The notes beneath the pieces are model-generated. The model made no database searches and was not told the origin of the DNA. It saw only the letters and a list, made by a program, of their open reading frames with translations. Of a DNA stretch of 64,000 bases, positions 46,124 to 54,285 are shown in pieces. The DNA is from Armatimonadota bacterium (lineage in GTDB: Bacteria; Armatimonadota; DASRZA01): the NCBI GenBank assembly GCA_035686845.1, contig DASRZA010000252.1:2101-66100 (forward strand), read 5' to 3'. Both the position numbers and the translations under genes were made by a program. The stretch's first letter is position 1, and every line of letters begins with the position of its first letter.

Positions 46124-47212
46124 TTACAATCGGGAGGCGGCCCAATTCTGGATAACGTCCACCACCCGTTCCGAGGCGCGCCCGTCCCACAAAGGCGGGC
46201 GGCGATTCTTAGGCCAATCTCCTGCCCGGATGCGCTCCAGGCTCCGGACGAGCGCTTGCGGTTCAGGCTCGGTTAACTGATTGGTCCCACATGTTATTGT
46301 AATCGGCCGTTCCGTATTCCGGCGCAGCGTCAGGCAGGGTACATCGAGAACCGTTGTCTCCTCCTGGATTCCACCGGAGTCCGTGAGCACAAGCTGCGCT
46401 TTCGCCATAAGGCCCAGAAACGTCAGATAGGAGAGCGGATCGCAAAGCTGAACTCCGTCCGGCGGGGCGATCTCCCACTCCATCATTCGGTTTCGAGTGC
46501 GCGGGTGTACCGGAAACAGCACCGGCAGCCGCGCCGCTACTGCAGCGATAGCTCGCATCAGAGACTGGAGTGTCACCTTAACATCCACGTTGGAGGGACG
46601 GTGCAGCGTCAGAAGAGCATACCCGCCGGGCGATAATTCAAACTCTTTCCACGGCGCCCCGCTCACGGCCGCCTCGCGCCGCCGAAGCAGAGTATCCACC
46701 ATGCAGTTCCCGACGAAATGGATCCATTCGTCCGGAATCCCCTCGCGCCGCAGGTTTTCGTTTCCGCTCTCCTCGGTAGTAAAGAGCATCTCGGAGAGAT
46801 GATCGGTGACGATCCGGTTCAGCTCCTCCGGCATGGTTCGGTCAGAGGACCTGAGTCCCGCCTCGACGTGGCCCACCGGGATCCCGAGCTTGGCGGCGGT
46901 TAAAGCCGCGGCCAGTGTCGAGTTCACGTCCCCCGCGACCATTACCAGGTCCGGTCTTCGATCCTGGCAGACCTTTTCAAAATCCATCATGACCCGGGCG
47001 GTTTGCCGGGCGTGGGTGTCTGAGCCTACACCGAGGTAAACGTCGGGCTTCGGCAGCTCCAGCTCTTCGAACAGGACGCGCGACATGTTCTCATCGTAGT
47101 GCTGCCCGGTGTGAACGAGGAAATGCGCCAATCCCCGCCTGTCCAGCGCGTGTACGATGGGCGCGATCTTCATGTAATTGGGGCGCGCGCCCACCACGTT
47201 GCAAATCAGCAT
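46124..47212 (-). CDS. wecB: UDP-N-acetylglucosamine 2-epimerase (non-hydrolysing)
   Basis: ARPNYMKIAPIVHAL...HTGQHYD...HVEAGLRS are WecB/MnaA family signatures. Confidence 0.8.
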   Translation of the reverse strand: MLICNVVGARPNYMKIAPIVHALDRRGLAHFLVHTGQHYDENMSRVLFEELELPKPDVYLGVGSDTHARQTARVMMDFEKVCQDRRPDLVMVAGDVNSTLAAALTAAKLGIPVGHVEAGLRSSDRTMPEELNRIVTDHLSEMLFTTEESGNENLRREGIPDEWIHFVGNCMVDTLLRRREAAVSGAPWKEFELSPGGYALLTLHRPSNVDVKVTLQSLMRAIAAVAARLPVLFPVHPRTRNRMMEWEIAPPDGVQLCDPLSYLTFLGLMAKAQLVLTDSGGIQEETTVLDVPCLTLRRNTERPITITCGTNQLTEPEPQALVRSLERIRAGDWPKNRRPPLWDGRASERVVDVIQNWAASRL

Positions 47213-47242
47213 GGTCAGTCTTGATTCCCGATTTTGAGCGAG

Positions 47243-48481
47243 CTAAGGTGGCCCCTGACGCGTCTCGGAAGATTGCAGCTCTCGCTCCAGGAGTTCCATG
47301 AATTCGTTGACGATCGCCTGGCGGTCAAAGCGGGCGCGTGCAGCTTCGCGACCTCGAGCGCCCATCCTTGCGCGTTCCTGTGGATCATCGGCAAGCCGCA
47401 AGATGGCGCCGGCGAGAGCAGCGGTGTCGCCTGGAGCGACCACGATCCCGCATCCCGTATCACGAACGATACCAGCCGGCTCGCCCTCCGCCGCCAAAAC
47501 CACCGGACGTCCCGCGCTCATCGCCTCATATAGCTTAGACGGTACGGCGCCCGGAATGGCGCCTTTGAGCGGAACGATGGCGATATCCGCCGACGCAACG
47601 GTCTCAGGCATCGTGTCACGGGCGCAGGGAGGGAGGAATCGGATGGCGGTGAGGCCCAGGCTCTTAGCCTGGATCCGGAGAGCTTCCTTCGTCGGTCCGT
47701 CGCCCACGAGAACGATCTCGATATCATTTCGGTCTCGCAACAGCGCTGCGGCCTGCAGCACCTGTTCCAAACCCTGAGCCACGCCATGGAGCCCGGTATA
47801 TATTGCTACACAGGGGGCCTCGTCGGCAAGTTCTCGCCGGCGCACGTCGGATCTTTTTTCCGGGGTGAAGAACGAAGTGTCCACACCATTGGAAAGGCGA
47901 TGAGCTCGCACGCCGGGGAACCGCTCCCGGATGTTCGCCAGGATTTCGTGACTTTGGCACGTCACCAGCCAGGCGTGCTGATAACAGAATCGCTCCAGCG
48001 CGCAGGCGATTCGGAGCGGCCAGCCTTCGCCGATGATCCCGAGTCTTACCGCCGATTCCGGCCAGAGATCCGAGACATTGAAAATCCAACGCGCCCTTTT
48101 CGCCCGGCTCAGCAGATAACCGGACATTCCCAGAAAGAGCGGTGGACTTTCGGTGAGAAGGAAGTCGAGCGGCGGCAGGACCGCAGCGCCAACGAGCAGG
48201 GAGGAGAGCACAAACGAGAAATAGTTCGCCAGCCGCGGCAGCAGCCCTACCTGCTTGGTGGGGTAGATGAACGATCGGATGACCTTCACGCCGTCCATCG
48301 TTTCGCGCCGGTAAAAACCCCCATAACCGGAGAAGATACGGCCCGTCGGGTAATTTGGCATCGCGGTCAGCACCACGACTTCGTGCCCCTTCCGGACGAA
48401 TCGGGCCGCAATCTCAGAGAGGCGAGCTTGCGGGGCTCCCATCTCGGGTGGATAGTACTGGGTAAGGATTCCGAGGCGCAT
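47243..48481 (-). CDS. glycosyltransferase family 4 (WcaI-like)
   Basis: MRLGILTQYYPPEMGAPQARLSEIAARFVRKGHEVVVLTAMPNYPTG is the characteristic WcaI-type N-terminus. Start taken at internal ATG 48479-48481 rather than the ORF start at 48559. Confidence 0.75.
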   Translation of the reverse strand: MRLGILTQYYPPEMGAPQARLSEIAARFVRKGHEVVVLTAMPNYPTGRIFSGYGGFYRRETMDGVKVIRSFIYPTKQVGLLPRLANYFSFVLSSLLVGAAVLPPLDFLLTESPPLFLGMSGYLLSRAKRARWIFNVSDLWPESAVRLGIIGEGWPLRIACALERFCYQHAWLVTCQSHEILANIRERFPGVRAHRLSNGVDTSFFTPEKRSDVRRRELADEAPCVAIYTGLHGVAQGLEQVLQAAALLRDRNDIEIVLVGDGPTKEALRIQAKSLGLTAIRFLPPCARDTMPETVASADIAIVPLKGAIPGAVPSKLYEAMSAGRPVVLAAEGEPAGIVRDTGCGIVVAPGDTAALAGAILRLADDPQERARMGARGREAARARFDRQAIVNEFMELLERELQSSETRQGPP

Positions 48482-48485
48482 AGAG

Positions 48486-49844
48486 TCAGGCTGTCCGTGC
48501 CGCCGAGGTCCGGCTGACCACGAACCGGCGCTTCCCCGTGGGAGCAATGGGAATCTCATCTACCAGGTCGATCTGAATCTCCATGCCGGCGGCTCCGGCG
48601 CCCTCGAGACGGGAGACGATTCGCTCGGCGGTCTCCGCTGAGAACCCTTCGCGCGGGACGATCTTCAACTGAAAACCTCCAGGATCCTCCTGCACCACCT
48701 GGAACTCGCCAATCTCGGGAAACTTGCCGAGGATACCTGTAAACACGTGTACGATCAGCCGATTGCCCGACGGAGTCGTGACGATGTCGGTATCGCGTCC
48801 CTGAATGGACTCCATGGTATCGTAACCGCGTCCGCATTCACATTTTGCGCCGGTTCCTGCGACACCGAGGTCGCCCACTCTGTACCGGATGAGCGGCATC
48901 GGCCCGGGATGCAGCCGGGTGAAGACGATATTGCCGGGGCTGTTGGACGCGGCCGAATCACCGTTATCGTCCAGGTATTCTACAATCACGTCGAGGCTAT
49001 GAACATGGTAGGTGTAGGGGCATTGCGCCGAAATATGGGTCCCCTCTGCGCATCCGTACGTATCGGTGACGCGTGCTCCGAAGGCCGTCTCCATCGTCTC
49101 CCGGTAGTGCGCGAAAAGGTTGTCGCCCCAGGTGACCATTCCGGTTAGCGGTCGATTCCACCCGCGTTCCCTGGCGCGGCGAGCGATGCAGTAGAGACTT
49201 CCAGGATAGCCCCAGAGATGGCGGATTCGGCGCCTTTCCATGATGTCCAGATTGTGATCGAGGGTGGCGTCATCAAGCGCGTACGCCGGCACGTAATGAC
49301 ACTGCATCAGGATGTTTTTTAGCCGGCGGTCGAGGGTTAGATCTTGATTCATGCCGGTTTGCAGGGTTGGCTCGCCCATCCGCCAGCCAGACCACTCCAT
49401 CGCTAATAGAAGGGATGCCCGGTACCAACCCACCGTCTCTCTATCGAGACGAACGGCAAAATTGGATCCGGTGGATCCGGACGTACGCCCTTCCCAGGTT
49501 TTCTGCCCGGTACGCCGGGTGATGCGTTCCGGATATGCCGCGAGTAGGCTCGCCTTCGTCGCGATCGGCAGCTTGTAGAGGTCTGCAGGGCTGCGGATGT
49601 CACCCGGTTTCAACCGGCGGCTGTCCATGAGGTCCCGGTAGTAGGGCATTTCATCATAAACGGTCCGGATGAGCGTCTGCAGCAGACGGTCTCTTTCGCA
49701 GTGCAGCCGCTCCGGTTCCCACCACTGCGCCTGCTCCAGAAACTTCAGACGCTCCGTGGTCCTCTGGCCAAACGCCCGATCGCCCAACGGAAAGATTACG
49801 TTTCTTAGCAGCCAGCATCGCGCCCGGAGCGCGAGTTCCTCCAT
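48486..49844 (-). CDS. phenylacetate-CoA ligase-family adenylate-forming enzyme (CapK-like)
   Basis: PaaK/CapK-like organisation: N-terminal helical region, central TSGSTG adenylation motif (WEGRTSGSTGSNF), C-terminal domain. Confidence 0.65.
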   Translation of the reverse strand: MEELALRARCWLLRNVIFPLGDRAFGQRTTERLKFLEQAQWWEPERLHCERDRLLQTLIRTVYDEMPYYRDLMDSRRLKPGDIRSPADLYKLPIATKASLLAAYPERITRRTGQKTWEGRTSGSTGSNFAVRLDRETVGWYRASLLLAMEWSGWRMGEPTLQTGMNQDLTLDRRLKNILMQCHYVPAYALDDATLDHNLDIMERRRIRHLWGYPGSLYCIARRARERGWNRPLTGMVTWGDNLFAHYRETMETAFGARVTDTYGCAEGTHISAQCPYTYHVHSLDVIVEYLDDNGDSAASNSPGNIVFTRLHPGPMPLIRYRVGDLGVAGTGAKCECGRGYDTMESIQGRDTDIVTTPSGNRLIVHVFTGILGKFPEIGEFQVVQEDPGGFQLKIVPREGFSAETAERIVSRLEGAGAAGMEIQIDLVDEIPIAPTGKRRFVVSRTSAARTA

Positions 49845-49946
49845 ACCACTCTCCCAATTTCCTCTGTAGTGCGTGCCTCGCCCTTCCCACTATAGACGCA
49901 GCCGCGGCTGAGATGGCCCGTTAGAGTCTGCCTCGGCTGTCTCTTT

Positions 49947-51311
49947 TTACTCAGCGTCCACCGTGCCGGGCGCCGGAAAATAGTGGCTCGCGTCATCAAG
50001 CACGAGGACCCAATCGCGGCCGCGGCCGCTGGAAGGCGGTGTAAACTGGCGCTGTCCCGAGGTGGCGAGTCTCCCGATCGTGGTGGATTCTCCCGTTCGC
50101 GGATCGTACCACCAGGCGTTGGTGGTCATGCCGGACAGCCGGGCGAGATCGGCGGATACCGGTCGGCCCGTCGGCAGATAGATAAAGGCGTAGCTGCCAT
50201 CATCGCTGCGCGTGGCCCGCGCGTGGCCGGCTCCCTCGCCCTGGCCGGACCCTATCAGCGACTGGTCCGGAATACGACTGAGGAAGGGTCGTGAAAGCAT
50301 CAGCCGTCGAGCGTGGATCATCTGGGACGCGCCCGGTAGGTCCACCGCCTCCTGCCAGGGTGTGCGCGTGTGGCTGATTGGCGCACGGCCGGGGGAATAA
50401 AACTGCCAGACGTCGTGGCACCCATAAGTGTGGCCGAACGCTCCTGAAAAGAGGGCCCAGTAAGCCGCCTGGCGAACGTCATAATCGTCGAACCAGCCGT
50501 TCTCAGGATTGAAGCCGATGGGGTGATCCTCATACCGCGGTTCGCCGTCCACACAAGGCTTGACCGGTTCCAAATGATAATCTCGTTCAATCGCCCGATA
50601 GTTCGGTTCATCTCGCTGACTGTGGCCGGATTGAAGCATATTGAACGCCAGCCATGGCGCATCCTGGAAAAAACTTGAAGAGGAGCTGCCGCCCTGCGGA
50701 TGATAGCCGATCAGTTTTCGGCCGCCGTCTCCATCTTGAAGTCCATCAGCCATCGCCTCCCAGATCAGCCGCTTTCCCTCCTCATTCCGGTCGCCTCCAA
50801 GAATCCATATTATGTTGGGGCTTTCACGATAGCGCGTGCCTAAAAACCGGCCGTAGGCGAGAGCGTTCACCGGAGTAAACACCTCGGGACCTTCGCCCCA
50901 CCCTTTGGTTACTTTGTCGCCCCAGGTAGGGAGCAAACCGACGTAGAGTCCCTTCTGTTCGGCGATCAGGATGATGGCGTCCACGTGACTCCAGTAGTCG
51001 CCTTCCGCTCTAACATCCGGCCGCGCCGGGTCGTTTTCGATCAACGGGGTGTGACCGTATGCGTTGGGTTCCACGAGGCCGCCATGCTCCGCGAGGCAGA
51101 CCGCCTGGATTATGGTGAAACCTTTCGCGCGGCGGTTCTCCAGATACAGCTCGGCTTCGTTGAGGTTGAGCCGGTGAAAAAGCTCCCAGGCGGTGTCCCC
51201 GAGCCAGAAAAAGGGGGCGCCATCGGCATGGACCAGGAAATGCCGGTTGGCGGATACTTCAAGGTGACCGTGAGCAAAGTTCCAGGACGCATCGTCATGA
51301 GCAGCTGCCAT
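49947..51311 (-). CDS. DUF4038/GH140-like glycoside hydrolase with C-terminal collagen-binding-like domain
   Basis: N-terminal FLVHADGAPFFWLGDTAWELF and (beta/alpha)8-type Glu/Asp positions resemble DUF4038 (GH140 apiosidase-like). ~110-aa C-terminal beta domain. Confidence 0.5.
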   Translation of the reverse strand: MAAAHDDASWNFAHGHLEVSANRHFLVHADGAPFFWLGDTAWELFHRLNLNEAELYLENRRAKGFTIIQAVCLAEHGGLVEPNAYGHTPLIENDPARPDVRAEGDYWSHVDAIILIAEQKGLYVGLLPTWGDKVTKGWGEGPEVFTPVNALAYGRFLGTRYRESPNIIWILGGDRNEEGKRLIWEAMADGLQDGDGGRKLIGYHPQGGSSSSSFFQDAPWLAFNMLQSGHSQRDEPNYRAIERDYHLEPVKPCVDGEPRYEDHPIGFNPENGWFDDYDVRQAAYWALFSGAFGHTYGCHDVWQFYSPGRAPISHTRTPWQEAVDLPGASQMIHARRLMLSRPFLSRIPDQSLIGSGQGEGAGHARATRSDDGSYAFIYLPTGRPVSADLARLSGMTTNAWWYDPRTGESTTIGRLATSGQRQFTPPSSGRGRDWVLVLDDASHYFPAPGTVDAE

Positions 51312-51347
51312 CTATCTCCCTATCTTTCCGAGCGCCCGGGTCATCGA

Positions 51348-52343
51348 CTATACCACCTGGTAGAGTGGAGCGCGCCCCTGCATCGCGCGCACGACGTTCT
51401 CCGCTGTTACCTCGCCCATCCGGCGAAGACTGTCGGTCGTCTGGCTCGAAACATGCGGTGTCGCTATAAAGTTTTCGAGCGCCAGGAGTGGGGATTCGCC
51501 GGGCGGCTCTTTTTGCAGGACGTCGACCGCGGCCCCGGCGATTTGGCCGGTCGTAAGCGCCTTGTAAAGCGCGGTTTCATCCACCAGCTCACCGCGCGCG
51601 GTATTGATCAAAAACGCCGTTGGCTTCATACTTGATAGCTCAGCCGCGCCGATCAGCCCACGGGTTTCGGGTGACGCCGGCGCGTGGACAGTTACGAAAT
51701 CCGCCCGACGGAGCAGCTCATTCAGAGACAGATACTCGATGTTCATTTCAGTCGCGAACGCAAGATCCGGCCGGGTGTCGACGGCGACGATTCTCATGCC
51801 GAAGCCGGCCGCTCTTCGGCAGACGCCGCGGCCAATCTGTCCGAGTCCTACCACGCCAAGGGTCTTGCCGCTCATCTCGACGCCAATGAACCGCTTCCAT
51901 TCGCCGGCCCTTACACTATCGAAGGCCTCCGGCAGTCGCCTTGCGATCGCTAGCATTAACGTCATCGCCATGTCGGCAACCGAATCGAGCATCACCGGCC
52001 CCGTCAGCGCCACGGGGATTCCGCGTGCCCGGGCGGCCTCCACGTCCACGTTGTCGTAGCCAACGCCATGGCGAGCGATGATCTTGAGCCGTGGGGCCGC
52101 CGCAATGACCCTTGCCGTAACCGGCTCACTGCCGGCTACGAGAGCGTCTATATCGGGGACGAACTGCAGCAATTCCTTTTCAGTGAGCGTGCGATCGAAA
52201 GGACTTGGAATCGGTACGCAGCCCGCAGCTCTCATCACGTCGACCGCTGCCTCGCTGTCTTTTCCAAACGATCGTGAGGCGAGGAGGACTCTGAAGGGAT
52301 GATCCTTATCGAACGGTGGTTGGCTCAACGGCGGCTCCTGCAA
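51348..52343 (-). CDS. D-isomer-specific 2-hydroxyacid dehydrogenase (NAD-binding)
   Basis: GKTLGVVGLGQIGRGVCRRAAGFGMRIVAVD NAD-binding motif and catalytic R/E/H triad region. Confidence 0.8.
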   Translation of the reverse strand: MQEPPLSQPPFDKDHPFRVLLASRSFGKDSEAAVDVMRAAGCVPIPSPFDRTLTEKELLQFVPDIDALVAGSEPVTARVIAAAPRLKIIARHGVGYDNVDVEAARARGIPVALTGPVMLDSVADMAMTLMLAIARRLPEAFDSVRAGEWKRFIGVEMSGKTLGVVGLGQIGRGVCRRAAGFGMRIVAVDTRPDLAFATEMNIEYLSLNELLRRADFVTVHAPASPETRGLIGAAELSSMKPTAFLINTARGELVDETALYKALTTGQIAGAAVDVLQKEPPGESPLLALENFIATPHVSSQTTDSLRRMGEVTAENVVRAMQGRAPLYQVV

Positions 52344-52446
52344 TCAATTGGCGCCTCCTTGAGCCCCTTTCGGAGCGCGGCGGCGCGTCCGGCGCGCGCA
52401 GCATCGAACGGCGCCGATATTACCCCACGTGGAATCAGGCAGCGGG

Positions 52447-53871
52447 TTAGCGACGCACGGCTGCCCGCCGCCACCATTCCGGGTGGTCGATATGGAGCTT
52501 AATGTAGCCCCCCGAAGGGTCCAGGTAACCGTAATCGGACCAGATGGCGACGCCCTGCCCGTCGATCAGATAGCTGCTGGGGAAGACACGGATTCCGTAG
52601 CGAGTCAGCAGCGCCTTCTGAGGAGCGCCCGGCTGCAGTGTCACGATCGGGTACGATAGATGGGTCTGCGCCAACTCGCTTTTGAGCTCGGCGGGGGTAT
52701 CATTGGCATCAATGACGAGAGCGGTGAATCCCTGGTCCTTCAACGTCTGATAGTCTTTCTCAATCTGGAGAAGCCCCTGGCGGCGAAGCTTAAAGTGATC
52801 GATAAACGCGAGCAGGAGTATCTTCTTGCCTTTCAGCGTGCTGGCGAGGGAGACAGCTCCGCCGTGCGGAGTGGGTATGTTGAATTGAGGCGCTGGCCCA
52901 TGGACCAAACTCGCGTGCATGTTCTCGCGACTGAACGGTTTCGCGCCGGCCGGGCGATGAAACACGAAATCGGAAGGGTTGAGATGGACGTTTAAGTGGA
53001 TGTCGTGGAGGGTGACCGTGTTCGAAGCGCCTACGCCGATCTGAGTCACCTTGCGAAGGAGATGGTCCGGGCCGAAGTAGAGACGGCTCTGCGAATGCCA
53101 GTACGGGTTTACCGGATGTACGACGATGTAGTAGCCATCGGGCCTTCGAGTGGTACCCGAGAACGTCCTACGGTCGCTGGTCACGCTCGATTCCACAATC
53201 TGGCAGCGAACGCCATCGACCACCCCTGTCCCCGCGGCATGAAGGTCGGGCCGGCTGAGATAATTGCGGAGAGCGCGCGGATCGTCCCCGTAGAATGCCT
53301 CAACGGGAGGTAGATCCATGCCGCCCAGTGTGAAGAACGCTTTTCTCACCGGATTGGTGTTGTATCTGATCTGGTGGTGTTCCCAGTCCATCCAGGCGGA
53401 CTGCATCTTACCGTCGGAGACGTCCACGCTGCGGAACCATCCGGACATGACGATACGGCCGATATCCAGCTTCTCCAGCTCTACGACCGCGGTCTCTTCG
53501 GGCATTTTCTTACCGGCGGGCTGATCAATGCCGCCGGTCGAATCAATCGTGATACGTCCGGTGAGCGTCTTGACACGCGCTTCGGCCAGAATGGCCTGGT
53601 GTATAATCGACTGCGCGGATTGCCGATCCGGTTGGGTCGGTCGATTGGTTCGGCCCGGGCGGGCATGCGCCGGGAAGAGCAGCAGACCCAGTCCAACCGC
53701 TGCGGCGAGAAGGGCGCCGTAATAACTGATACGATAGAAGAGGGAGCGCGAAACCGGGTCGCGCCGGCGCATCAGCCACGCGGTCAGAAGTCCAATCGAG
53801 AGCGCCACGGAAACCTGGATTGAAAGGGCTGCGCCAAACGGTAGACGATCAAGAAGGGTCAATGGATGCAT
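52447..53871 (-). CDS. membrane-anchored protein with C-terminal TlpA-like thioredoxin-fold domain lacking the CxxC motif
   Basis: N-terminal TM helices. C-terminal GKKILLLAFIDHFKLRRQG...FPSSYLIDGQGVAIW resembles TlpA/redoxin but with F-K in place of C-x-x-C. Confidence 0.45.
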   Translation of the reverse strand: MHPLTLLDRLPFGAALSIQVSVALSIGLLTAWLMRRRDPVSRSLFYRISYYGALLAAAVGLGLLLFPAHARPGRTNRPTQPDRQSAQSIIHQAILAEARVKTLTGRITIDSTGGIDQPAGKKMPEETAVVELEKLDIGRIVMSGWFRSVDVSDGKMQSAWMDWEHHQIRYNTNPVRKAFFTLGGMDLPPVEAFYGDDPRALRNYLSRPDLHAAGTGVVDGVRCQIVESSVTSDRRTFSGTTRRPDGYYIVVHPVNPYWHSQSRLYFGPDHLLRKVTQIGVGASNTVTLHDIHLNVHLNPSDFVFHRPAGAKPFSRENMHASLVHGPAPQFNIPTPHGGAVSLASTLKGKKILLLAFIDHFKLRRQGLLQIEKDYQTLKDQGFTALVIDANDTPAELKSELAQTHLSYPIVTLQPGAPQKALLTRYGIRVFPSSYLIDGQGVAIWSDYGYLDPSGGYIKLHIDHPEWWRRAAVRR

Positions 53872-54018
53872 CGGAAATCCTCCATGGGCAATCGGGACCC
53901 CGGCGCGTTACCGTGGCGTCGTTCGTCGAGGGGTGAAGGTAACGGCCGTAGTCGTTGTGCCATAGTCGATTATGTCCAGCATTGTAGTCCTCCGCTTCGC
54001 GTCGCGTCAACTCAGGCG

Positions 54019-54070
54019 GGGGACGGAGGACGGAGGACAGAGGACGGAGGACGGAGGACGGACGACGGAT
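54019..54070. repeat. (GGACGGA)~7 heptanucleotide tandem repeat
   Basis: ggacgga x2, ggacaga, ggacgga x3, cgacgga. Reverse complement of the TCCGTCC repeats at 15761-15790 and 24068-24205. Confidence 0.7.
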
Positions 54071-54109
54071 CTCGCGTGCTCCTTGCGCCCGTCTGCGGGG
54101 GGGTGTAGC

Positions 54110-54258
54110 ATGAATCACAACGGCTGCAGTTACAGGCCCCTCTTCCCGCTTCGGGGAGAGGTCGGGAGAAAGGCAAACCAAAGGATGAGGGATGAAGGAT
54201 GAATCACAACGGGCGCAGTTAGAGGCCCCTCTTCCCGTTTCGGGGAGAGGTCGGGAGA
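54110..54258 (+). repeat. tandem duplication (89-bp period) of a 60-bp element containing a 10-bp-stem hairpin, directly upstream of the HEAT-THUMP-MTase gene
   Basis: Copy 1 at 54110-54169 and copy 2 at 54199-54258 (ATGAATCACAACGG(C/G)(T/C)GCAGTTA(C/G)AGGCCCCTCTTCCCG(C/T)TTCGGGGAGAGGTCGGGAGA). Stem CCTCTTCCCG/CGGGGAGAGG with a T-G wobble, which favours RNA on the plus strand. Confidence 0.6.
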
Positions 54259-54285
54259 GAGGTTGAGACGCTGAGAACTGAAAAA

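Noticed and set aside
54110-54258. Possible 2-repeat CRISPR remnant (60-bp repeats separated by 29 bp)
   Set aside because: Only two copies. The repeat is longer than CRISPR repeats, the spacer is purine-rich and SD-like, and there are no cas genes. Interpreted as a tandem duplicated leader element.
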